Shown in pieces: positions 33,447 through 45,128 of a stretch of DNA of 64,000 bases. Every line of letters starts with the position of its first letter. The first letter of the stretch is position 1. The notes beneath the pieces are model-generated. The model was not told the origin of the DNA, made no database searches, and saw nothing but the letters and a program-made list of their open reading frames with translations. Location of the stretch: positions 16,722,058 to 16,786,057 of the forward strand of contig OZ316897.1 in the NCBI GenBank assembly GCA_973895155.1, given 5' to 3'. This DNA comes from Marsupella aquatica (taxonomy: Eukaryota > Plantae > Marchantiophyta). Position numbers and translations under genes: made by a program.

Positions 33447-36400
33447 TGTGGTGCGTGCCATGGCTCCCTAAACCCAAGAAACCCCCCAGCTCAAGCCGAT
33501 TCCCGCAGGTTTCGCGCTTGGCGAGGCCGTTTCCGCGGCTTAGCGGCATGGGACGCTGCTAACCTTCTACTACTACTATTAACATTTTACACACATATAC
33601 TGGACAGATCCTTCATCGGGTCATGAGATACGTAGCCGGCCTAATCTAGGCCTTCCCTTGTCTTCCCCTCCATCTTGTTAGGTATATTTGGATTCCACCG
33701 CCGGAATGATCCCCAATAGGCTTGGTTAAGCCGCTAAGACCTCTCTCAGCTCGACACATCCAACTCTCACTCCCCTGCTTACTTTCCTTCCTTTTGGTTG
33801 ATGTGGGCACTCTTCACACAAGTTAATGCGACACACAAATAGCAAAATGACTCCTTCTGACTGAGTCATACCATGCACTTGCCATACAAACAGTACATCT
33901 CATACACAAGTTCTGCGAACTAAGCCGTGAGGCCAACTCTATTCAGCTCTTAGGCATGAGGAAACATGAATATACACAAGGGTCACTGTATGACTAACCG
34001 AGAGCTTCTCGTACTACTTGATCCCAGCCCGGCTGGTGCAAACTAAAAACTTGCTAAAGAAGAGGCCCTGAGCTCCCCGCTGCCCAGGTACTTATCCTGG
34101 TAGTGGATCCGCCATTCTTTGCATCGTAAGCCTAATCTACTTAACAGTAATCTACTTGCCCGAATCTACCTATGTACAGCAAGGCAGGAGCACAAGTGTT
34201 GCTCCTACCAGTGGAACCACAATCCCACTAAGCTAAGTGTCAGGGCCGCTCCTGGTCCTGATCCTAATCCTAAACTTGGAGATCAGCGCCCGCCCTGCCC
34301 ACTCACGCCTCCTCCCTCCACGTCCGCCCTCCCTAAAAGGAACGGCGCCCTTGCACCGTCACGACACCGGTGGTGGATCCTTAATGGACGCCCCCAACGC
34401 TTCCTCCTCAGCCACTGCCGTAGGTTCATTCTCTGACAGATTACCTGCCCTTGACTGAGTCAACTCTCCATCGGCCTGACTGGGTCCACCATCGGCGTCG
34501 GCATCGGCTCGGGAACCGGTTACGGCCTCAGCCACGGCTTGGGTCTCCCCGGCCTGCTCAAGAGGCGGATCTGGGATACCGGCCTCATTACTGAGTAGTT
34601 CGGCTTGGGCCGCACCACCCCCACCTGTGATGATAGCGGGATCTATTGCCGTATTCATGCGGGAGGATGGTGCTGGTTCTACCTCCTTGGTCACCACGGC
34701 TTGTGGAGTCGGATTACTCTTTGACCCTGAAGGTTTCCGCTTCTTCTTCTTTTCTGGTTTGGCAGCTGGTCCCTTCCCCTTCCCACTTACTTCCGGCACT
34801 GGTGCAGGTGGCGCGGCTTTTTCTTCGACCAGTACCACTCCTGGTAACTTGGTTGCCCCAATTGGAGTTGGGCCTGATGAAGACAAGCACTTAAATACTG
34901 CGGCTTGTTTCTTTAGCCGCTCCGTTTGGTTGTCGGCCCGCCGCTGGAGGTTCTCCATCTTCCTCGTGATTTCCTCCAACTCCTCCTGGGTCTCATCCAG
35001 GTCCTTGCATGCCTCCTCTAGTTCCTTCTGGGCTTCCTCCCGTTCTTGTTTCAAGGTAGTCCTCTCCTCCTGGGTTGCTCTTAGCTCCTTGTCGAGCTCT
35101 GCAATGATGACAGACTCCATCTGGTTTATCTTGGCGTAAGTCTGTTCGAGCATCTCGTCCTTCTCCCTTAGGTCGGCCTTGAAGCTGGCCGTCAGGGACG
35201 CAAGCTCCTGCTGCAGCGCCATAATCCCTTGATAGGATTTCCCTAACTCGGCCTCCTTCTGCTCAAGGGCTCCGCGGATTTTCTCGAGCTCCCCCTTCAA
35301 CGCCCATTCCTTTCTTTGGGTCTCCGCCATGGCCCGGCTGTTGGCTGTTATGTGGGCCTCCTCTGTATTCTTCAGCTCTTGCTTCCACTTCTCCCTCTCT
35401 TTGATCGTGTCGGCCAACTCTCCCTGCGTCTGAGTCAGTTTATCCTTGATATTCTGATTATCAGCCTGCGCGGTGTCCAACTGCCCCTGCATGATGTTCA
35501 GCTCATGTCGTTTAATCCGCAGTTCATCTTGGGCTTTCTTGGCCGCCCTTAGATCTTCAATCTCGGCTTCCATCCTCCTAAGCCGCCGAATGATCTCGTC
35601 CTTCTTGCTTCTCTCTAAAGCCATCGCTTCTTCTAATTGGTGCTTCTCCAACTGCTCCCTATGGAAAAAGGGTCCTACCTCCAACTCCTCTCCAAAGATG
35701 CCGAGCGCAAGTTCCCCACACATCTCACCATACTCCATGGCTCTATTCTTAGCGTAGGTGGAGTAAGTAGAAGTAATCGGCATCGCCCATCGCGGCCTCT
35801 GCTCCCAAGCCGTCTTGCGGATCTCTTCAATCGTGGCTAGAGGTTTGCTTCCTTTTTTGGCTAGCCGCCTGATGTCCTCCGGCCAATCTCCTCTTGGTAA
35901 ATCCTTTTCCCTAGCCAGGGCTGCCTCCTCTTCCTGCTTGATTCGCTCCTGAAATTCCTGCACCATCTGTTTTATGCCGTCGAAGCTCGGGGGAGCAACA
36001 TCTGGTGGGGGAGACTCCGGGCTACTCTGCTGGTTGGGGTCCCTCGCACTACCCTTGGAAGTGTGGGGACAAACCGGCCATAGGTCCTTACTCCTGGGAC
36101 GTGATGGTCCGACCCATAGCCGGAATTATCATGGCTGCAGTCCTCCACTGCCTCCTCTACTTCTTGGCCATCCGGCTTCTCCCTCTCCTCTTCGTCGGTA
36201 GGAGCTTCAGGCAATTTTGCCTCAGATTCGGAGCTTGAGATTCCCACATACATTCGAACACTGGGCTTGGATTCCGGCCTGATTCTCTCCTTGTCTCCAG
36301 CAAAGGGGTTTTCTCTTGTGAGCCGGTGTAGGCCTACCTCTGTAGTAGTGTCCTGCATTGTTGCCGTTGCCGTTGTTGTTGCCGATGCCGATTTCTTTTC

Positions 36401-38108
36401 GTTCTCCAGTAGTTTCAGCAGACTCTGCATGCCTGGTTGCTGCATCGGCAAGTCCTCCTTCCTGGGCCTAAACACCTGCTCGATCGTAGCGCTAACAGGT
36501 GGTTGAGGCTTCTCAGCCAACGGCCTCGGCGTTGGAGCTTCCTCGGGTGCCCTTACCTGCAGGGGAAGTACCGGGGCAAAAGTCTGACCTCTGGCATACC
36601 GGCACAACAGCGGCATGTGATAGCCAAGCCGCGACACGCTCCCCATGCCGATTACCTGTTGCTCCTCCTTTAAGATCTTCTTCAATTGGTTGAGGAGGTA
36701 CCCGTTGTAGTCCCGGCTTGGGTCTGGCCTTTCTGCCAGATAGACCTGTGCCTTGCCGATCTCTGCCCTCGGCAAGTTACAATGCATGGTCACCCGCAAG
36801 AAGTCGATCATCTCTCCTATGTGCGGGTTGGTGCAAGTGTTCCGGAAGAAGCCATTCTTCGTTGATGGCCCGGGGAACGACCGGAACTCCTTGTCAGGCA
36901 AGGTCTTCCTGGTATCAACTTTGGTCTTATTGCCTATCGGCAAGCCAAACACTTTGGCAATTACCTTGGGAGTAAGATAGAAATCCTTCCCATATATCCT
37001 CGTGCAATTGGTCTCGGGTTCCCATGACCCCACAAATTCTAATAGGTCTGACTCCGGTACCTCCGGCTTCAGCCATGGTAATCTTACAAAGGCCTCTAAG
37101 CCGGATCCGGCCATGAAGCCTTGGTACTTCTTGGTCTGCATGGCCGTGAAGCATGCATCCTCCTCCCATGCAAAATGTAGTTGCACCTCCACCGGTAGGG
37201 TTGCCGCCCAGCCCTTCCAGGTGTCATCCCTGGTTGGAATGGCCTTGATGGGATCGACCTCCTCCTCTTCGGCTTCTCCCTGCCTCCTGCTCTGCTGCTC
37301 GGCTGGCTTCTTTGGTGCCGCCGACCTCGTTCTTTTTGCCGGGGTGGCTTCATCGTTGACGGCTCCCTTCCTCTTCATCTCTGCTGCTGTGGAGGTTTCT
37401 CCTAGCACCGTTGCCTGGGTCCACCTTTCCGTGCTACCCTTTAATTCCCAGTGTATGTCGTTGCAGTTCTTGATGGCCTCTCGGATGCCGACGACGCTGT
37501 CTTTGCAAAATAGAAGATCGTCGAGTTGATTGGAAGTAGGCGTCCACAAGAACTCATCCTTGATGAGTTCACCTCCTAAGAAAGCCGTCTTTTGCAGCTC
37601 CCACAATCGAGCGAGCTCCTGCCGTTCTTGAGCTGCCCTTTCTGATTCCTCATCCTCGTAAGTCTTGATGTACTCAGTTGCCCGTTCGAACAGGCATCCC
37701 CAGAAATGTGCCGCTTGATTGACGTTGCTCATACCCTCCTTAGGTCGATCGTCGGTATCTACTCTCTCCCCGAGTGCTTGCCTAAGCAGCTGACAGTAGT
37801 TGGCCTCCCATAGTCGTCTGCCTAGTTCGTGCTCGCAAATGAGCCACCATCTCCTGCAAGCGCTCCTTACCCCTCTCCTCTGCCGGTCCTTCTTCCCGTT
37901 GATCCTTCCTAGCCGCCGACGCTTAACGCGCCCTAACCCTAATCGAGTTTTCACCCTCAGCGTCCTTACCTCCGGCCTCAGCCCGGGTTCCATGGTTGCC
38001 CCTAATGGTTTATATTTTCCTTGTTTTGTCCCTATACTAAGGTGTTCCTAGGGTGCCTTCCTGCTTTACCCACTCAACTGGCCGAGTGATTCCTGTCTAG
38101 GCATCACA
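33447..38108 (-). mobile_element. Solo LTR of the giant-LTR family (4662 bp)
   Basis: Reverse complement of the LTR with both termini intact. TSD GGGGA (33442-33446 and 38109-38113). No internal region. Confidence 0.95.
34359..37993 (-). pseudogene. LTR-encoded protein in the solo LTR, with a single frameshift (~36040)
   Basis: ORFs 35972-37993 and 34359-35966 together match the 1129-aa protein and its upstream extension. Confidence 0.88.
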
Positions 38109-38430
38109 GGGGACTTCAGGTTCGGGCTGGCGGCGGGTCGCTATTCGCACACCCGGGTTACGAGCGTGGAAGGGCCCCTCCCTCGGGTCCGTATAACGAA
38201 CTTAAGGAAGCGGCCACTGACGCACGCTGACTCGGACCGGCGGAGTGGCCGGTACACCACAAGCGTGAGCGGTTCAGCCTATGGGCGTCGAGGAGACGTC
38301 GGGGATCGACAAGCCCTCAAAGTATAAAAGGGGAGCCAACCCTTTGTAGTGCACCAGTCCATCAGTCCGCGCACCAGCTTTGACCCCAGCTCTCTCGTTC
38401 TCTCTAGGTCGCCACTACTATCTCCTCTGA

Positions 38431-41085
38431 ATGTCGCACACGATCCTCTCCAGCTCGGCCATTCGATTCTGGACGCAGTTCCTATCTACCAGAAGGCACT
38501 TGGCCGATTCATTGAAACACGCCAACCCGCGCCGATACAAAATCGAATGCGAATACGAGAGAGCCATCTGCCTAGCAGGACGACACCACTACATCCTTAA
38601 CTTTGACTACCCGTCTCAGAGCGAGCTTTACCGACCAGCAGAGGTATCTGGGTACTTCTTCAATAGAGACAAATATATCGGGTTCTGGGAAGCATTGCTT
38701 CGGCTTCCAGACGAGGTCTTCAACATCCCGGGTACAATCGACCTGCAGCGACATCACTTCGACCACATCCCTGCCCGGGTTCGGGCTGTCATTAACGGCG
38801 AGTCCAGTACCAACCGTTCGACAAGGGCGTCCGCACTCGCTTCGGAGAACTTCTACCAGCACCTGTAGAGCTTCATGGGAACTCGGCCATCGACCAACAT
38901 GACCAACTCAGCCGTGCCCGTACCCGTACCCGTGCCCATGCAACCCCAGCCTCAACCTCAGGCTCAGCTTCAGCTTCAGCCTCAGCCGCAGCCTAGCCAA
39001 ACCCCACCACCTATCACCCAGCTAGCACAGGTACGCTCCGTCATCAACGCTGTGGATCTTAGCGATGACGACGAGGCTACCCCACCCTTGACCAGGCGGC
39101 CCAGAGGAACAAGCGCTCGGGGGGCTGACACTATATCGTCCCCACCCCCTGCTCTGACCCCAGGAGCGGCCCCAGTAGAGAACATGGTGACCGTGGCCGC
39201 CCCGGGCCCGTTACCAACGGTAGTGGCACTCCCCAGGCCCGATCGGGAGGATGGGGAAGTATCACCTTCCCCGAGTCAGTCACGGGGAAAGAAGAGGAAG
39301 GAATCCGCCACTGCATCCGGGTTACCGTTGGCCACGGTAGCCGTAGCCAAGGTGACGATGCACCGCATGGGGGAAAACGTTCACAGCAACATCCTCCATC
39401 CCAAGCATGCGGTGTACCTGAAGACTCAGGGATTTGAGCACCTCGCCTCTCTCCCCTGGAACACTTACAGGTACTACGGGGAGGACATGACAGAATTCAT
39501 CAAGAATTATGACGACGTACGTCAACAGACTCGGCTGCGGGGAAGGAATATGTCCCTCACAGAAGAACGGCTCAAGATGATCTTCGGGTTACCCGAAGGT
39601 GACCATCGAGTCGAATCACGGGCTCCCGGGGGCAAGGGGGCCAAGTACCAATCTTCAAGTTTTCCCTCAGAGGGAGCAGTAGACAACGGGTTCGTGATGA
39701 GGACCTGCCTCATGCCCGAGATAGCTGAGCGGCTGGAGTTCCAAAGGTACGCTCTCCACATGATGGAACCCCGGGGGGAGATCTCCGCCGCCCAGGTTAT
39801 CCAGGTCGAGAACTATCGACCTAGGAAATGGGCGTCGTACTTTGCTAAGAAATTCCATGAAGAGATGGAGCGGCGAAGGAAGACGCTGTACATTGGCGGG
39901 AAGGCGTATTTCGCTAGCCACATCGAAATCATTCTTGAGTGGTACGCCCGGTTTGATCGACGAACCCTTCCCCGCATCAACGTTACAAAGCTGGTCCCAG
40001 CTAGGTGGGTTTTTCCGGCATTGGAGAGACGGCCCCAACCCGAGGCCCGAAGTCCAGTGGACACGCCAGCTTCACCCACCCCACCTCCACAAATAGTTGT
40101 AATCATAACCGAGGAGGTGCCGGAGGGGTCGGTCGTCGCAACCGTTGATGCGACCCAACTAGCCGGGCTAAGTACAGAAGTTGGTACGGCAGAGGTCTTA
40201 CCCGAACCCGGGTCTCCCAAGGACCCACTGGTGGCAATTCCAAAGAACCGGACATTGCTGCAGGAGGACACTCCAGCCCCTTCCAACGTTATGTCCCCAG
40301 GGCTGGACGTCACTGCCCCGGCCCCTGCGCGTGTTGACGTCTGCCCGTGCCCAAATCCGGATAGGCACAACTTGGACCACCCGGAACTCTTCGTACAGGG
40401 TACGTTTCTGAATGGGCTTTTGGGAGATTTCTCTCATCAAATTGCCCGGGATACCGGGGAGTTCATGGCCCGGAAGGTAGCCTGTTTCTTCAATCAGGAG
40501 TTGGTTGCCGCAGTAAAGGCAGGTCGGGCCCAATCGGAGGCCCTTCAGAGGATAGAGCGGTACCGGGTGGAGTCCGTGTACCTAAAGAACGAAGTGGCGG
40601 CTCAAGAGGCTGAGCTTCTGCAACTACGACCGAAGGTTGCAGCCACCGATGAGTTGTTAGCAAAGGCGCACGCTCTTACCGCCCTAGCCGAACAGGCCAA
40701 AGCTGGGAACGAGGCCGAGATTACACGACTCCGGAACCAGATTGACAGTTTGAAGACACAAGCTGTCACCTGGCAGAAAGACCTGGAGGAGGCCGAGGAG
40801 CGAGCCCAGCGGGACATGGCGGAGATAGCCACGCTGCAGGCTGAGATAGCGCGGCTCCAAACCAAGGCCGAGAAGCAGGATCAGCTGGCGGCTAAACTGA
40901 CGAGCGACGCCCAGCAGCTGGAGGAGGCATGTCAAGAGGCAGCAGAGGAGACGGACGCGGCGAGGCGAGAGAACGAATCTCTGCTGGACCAGGTCCAGCT
41001 CCTCAAAGCGGACAATGACAGGCTTCGAAGGCAGCGGGATGGCCGTTCCCATTCGGGCGGCTCTGGCAAGCGTGCCAAGCATTAG
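38431..41085 (+). CDS. Distant homologue of the LTR-encoded protein (PMD-like domain plus C-terminal coiled coil); in-frame TAG at 38866-38868; 38875-41085 is open (736 aa)
   Basis: GFEHLASLPW..DMTEFIKNYD..TRLRGRNMSLTEERLKMIFGLPEG..SFP..NGFVMRTC..PEIAE..PRGEISAAQV aligns with GLEAFVRLPW..DLLEFVGSWE..TRIYGKDFYLTPKVIAEVFGLPMG..SFP..NGFFRNTC..PHIGE..PRAEIGKAQV. Confidence 0.8.
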
Positions 41086-41433
41086 CGGCGGAGTAGGAAT
41101 AGATTAGGATTAGGATTGGCTTAGTCAGGCTCTTGGGACAGGCATCTGCCTTAGGTACAGCAGCGCTGCCCTGCTGTCCAGCCTGCGTAGATTAGGATCT
41201 TCTAATAAGACACAGCCGTTTTCCGGCCTGACTGTCAGCTTAGTTAGGACCTTAGTCAGCGAATCTTCGGCGAGAGGACACCCCGTCCCTCGGCTCTTAG
41301 TATTTAGTGCACCCCTTGGTAGAGGCAGGGGGGTTTTTAGTTTCAGAGTCGGACATCCGCGGGATATGCGGGGAGTCTCGACCTCTGGGAATGAAAGAGT
41401 ACCAAGGGGAGGGGGTAGGACTAAGGACGATAA

Positions 41434-44400
41434 TGTTGTAACTCATACCTGAGTTAAGTCTACCTTTGGGATAACTACCTATGTAACTACCCTAACTACT
41501 TAGGCTGTAGCCACATGTACATATTCTACCAGGAATACAGATGGAACAACTCTTTATCTCATTTATCTCACAACACGTTATCAGCACGTAGCTCTCCACG
41601 AGCAATCTTTTCTTTGAAAGAAAGGCCAGATTTTCATTGAATGTTTATAGATTTGACATAACTGCCCCTCCCAAGAAGCTATGGATGAGAACTTTGCGAT
41701 TACATTTCTAATTTTAGGTTTAACAAGGGCGTTTGTGATTCCTCCAAATGTCATTGCGGAAGCCATGGACTACTAAAAATAACAATCATCTTGATGCTGA
41801 CGCTAATGATGAGTTCAGGCCGAACCATGACGGAACGATCTCATAAGGACATCGAAGATCACTTAAGGAGGCACGAGAGAGAGCGAGAGAAAATGATTAA
41901 GCAAGAATCGAGAAAGAGTCGGTGCGAGAGAAAGCACTGGCAACGAACATTGATAAGGCGCTGACAAAGAGAATCGAAAGTATTAAGGATTGAGGCGAGA
42001 AACAATAAGGATTGAAGGTGAAGAAACCCCTCTGGAAACGACCTTTAAATCTGAGAAGAAATGAAACAAATTCTGATAAGGATAGCAGATAAGGAAAATT
42101 AAAGAGGATCGGGGCATAAAACGATCAAGAGAGGAGGAAAGGCACGAACGAAACAGAGGATCAAAGGCAACCATTCAAAGACTGAGAGCGCATTCCATAA
42201 GGACAGCATTGAATAGAGACATAAGCATAAGAGAAATGAATCGATCTAAAGCAAAGAAAATCAAAGCGCCAGCGCGAAACTGAAGGCAAACAGAAACCCA
42301 TAAGGACATCGACTCAAGATTGGAAGATTGAAAACTCGGGAGAAATACAAGAGCAGAAAGAGAAAGGAAAAACAAATACTCAGGGGGAGTGGGCTATTCG
42401 CACATCCCCTGGTCTACAACTTGAGACAACAAGAACTTGAATTGAGAGAGAAAATTTGATGATGATGAAACAAGAATAGCATAAAGAAGCCATGCAACCG
42501 ATGCGAGCGAGGGAGCGATAAGACACGTCACGGAAGGAGAAAAGAGGGAATTTCCGTGCTGCCAAAGTTGCGACTGCACCAAAGAGAATCAGAGGAAAAG
42601 CAACTAGGAAAGAAACTACCGAGCGATCGAGGGGCGCAAGAGCGCTAACAGCATAGATCAGCCCAAAGTAGAAGGAGTCTTTACGAAAAGGCGAACACAA
42701 GGATGAGGAAAGTAAGGAGGATAGCGATGACCAATGGAAGTCCCGAAGTTACGGCACCTATAGCACAGAAGGACACAGAATGCCAGTTTTGGTAAATAGT
42801 TCTCGTGAGATTGGTAGTATGCATGGACGACATGGAACAATCCACGACCAGGGGTAGGGGCATTGGTGTTATGAACTTATGAGTTGACCATTGGGAGCCA
42901 GTGCCTGCAGGGTTCGCTTCCTGAGGATCACACAATGACTTCCCAGGATTCAAATCGGAGAGATGATCTACCATTAAGCGCTGAAAGCGAGAAAGGGCGA
43001 GAAAGGACCACAAAATACACCGGACAAATCACTGGAGATAGCATAGGCAGGTCCAGTGAATTACCCTCAGTCGCCATTGCCCCTTCTGGAGAGCAACGAT
43101 GGGTCTGTTCGAGAGCAACTAGTACCCTGGAGGAAGATGCTAAAGAAGAAGGATCGGACCCAGATACGATTTGGCACACAATGATAAGGACAGGGGAACA
43201 AACATCAAGGAGGCCCAAGTCATTCGAGTAAGATAGCACACCCAAAATGATACAAGTGCCGTATCAATTTAGGCAAACAAGGATAACAAGGCACTGACGT
43301 CAATGGCATTCAACATGAAATATCGAGGAGGGCCTAGAGATAAGAACCCAAAATGTCGAAAGAAGACGGCACAATTCATGGGACACAAACAGACCACCAC
43401 AGACCAAAATAGTGATGCGATGTGGAGGCGTCAAAATTTGGGAAGGAATGCAGCAAGAAGTGAAGTAGACGGACGGAATGAAGGAAGGAACCATGCCACA
43501 ATAAGCGAGTGAAGCAAAATAAAAATTCAGAGGATTTCCCCTCGTCAAAGGAAGGATTGGAACAAATAACAGAAGATAAGAGAGAATGCAAACCGGAGAA
43601 TTATACTGTCGATAAGAGCGATAGAGCAGAGGACCACAAAGAAAGAAGGAAGAGTGGACGTTTAGAGGGAAACACTGCGGGAGTGAAAAAGTAAACACCA
43701 ACGGGATTAAAGGAGTACAACAAAAAGAAGCCATCAAACCAAAGGAAAGTCCTCCACCTTTTCTTCTAAGCAGACCATTTTACACTAAGGAATGGAGAAC
43801 TAAAGAACAAAGAGACTTTCTCTTCAAAAGGCAAGAAAAACCAAACAACAAGGCATGAAGTAAGGACATAAACAAAGAAACTAAAGTACAGAACCTACAT
43901 GGCGACAAATGATGATTACTTCCACCAATTAATTTCATAAATTCAGGGGGAGATATTTTTCCCAGGGGTGCCTACTACACATAAAAGCCCTGTGCCTACT
44001 GCACATGGAAGCAAATGGGTGCCTACTACAAACCCAGCCAGAAAGGAAAAATATTTGACAAATTGAGGGGGAGACCTCAAGCAAGACTTGCCTCCCAGAA
44101 ATTTAACCCATGGGATGTGCCTACTGCACAAGTGCTTTTCACAACAATGAATATTTAAAAATGGAACTACATTCCATGAGTTAGAACCATATGGCCAAAT
44201 TATAAAAATAAAAATAAATGCATTAAATCACCAATATTGGATAACATGTCATGATGACTAAATTTGGAAATATCAAAGACCCCACATCATATCATAATAA
44301 GGTATCATATGATCATATGAAGTATGGTATCACATTACAAGGTACTATCAGGTGTGGTATGACTTGGTAAAGCACCATGACAGATGGTACGCTATACCTT

Positions 44401-45128
44401 GATAGGAAATCCCTATGATATATGAGACCTAGGATTGGACACTCCAAATTATTCCAAGGCCAATGGATTTCAATCAACCATATCATCTTCATTATGAGCT
44501 AATACCTTGTTTGTTCCTTGCATGTAATCTATGACCATTGAGGAATCTTCATTACCTGACCGGGCATTACCTGATCGGGAAGAGACGAAAGACACAAGAC
44601 ACAATCAACTTTGCTAACACCAACCAAGGAGGATCTTCAACAAGCCTATAGTGTTGACAAACACCTTAAGAGACTTTGTAGAAATTACACATACACTATA
44701 TACTTAAATCCAATTATGTTTCACCCATGGGGATGGTAATACTCTTTCCTCCCACAAAGAAAGTAGGGGAGGTTTTAATGAGATTACATCCCCCACTTAC
44801 ACTTTACCATGCAACATGAATTATAAGACATCTATTAGGAGAAGCTTTACATTCATAGTAGACTTGAGATGGCTGCACCATTTATAAAATAGGCTAGACA
44901 TAAGCAATACCTATTGTATACCACTGAGTATACCCAAAGTAGACTCTTGATTGTAACATTTAAACCCCAATGTTACAAAGGGGGAGTGTTGTAACTCATA
45001 CCTGAGTTAAGTCTACCTTTGGGATAACTACCTATGTAACTACCCTAACTACTTAGGCTGTAGCCACATGTACATATTCTACCAGGAATACAGATGGAAC
45101 AACTCTTTATCTCATTTATCTCACAACA
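41434..45128 (+). mobile_element. Non-autonomous copia-type (Bianca-like PBS) LTR element, copy A, with identical 142-bp LTRs (41434-41575, 44987-45128)
   Basis: TGTTG..CAACA LTRs, PBS CGTTATCAGCACG (41576-41588) and PPT AAAGGGGGAG (44977-44986). No recognisable gag or pol. The flanks GATAA and GATTT do not form a TSD. Confidence 0.88.

Larger units (their letters stand above)
33298..41433 (+). mobile_element. Probable giant coding LTR of a second, related Ty3/gypsy family, interrupted by a solo LTR and truncated at 41434
   Basis: Begins TGTGACGCC (compare TGTGATGCC). Contains TATAAAAG (38323), an ORF homologous to the family-1 LTR protein, and a similar TTAGGATTAGGAT tract after the ORF. 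No 3' end or TSD found. Confidence 0.55.

Noticed and set aside
41600-43730. Short ORFs in the interior of copy A as gag/pol remnants or a second captured gene
   Set aside because: No recognisable motifs in any frame. A BLASTX search would be needed.
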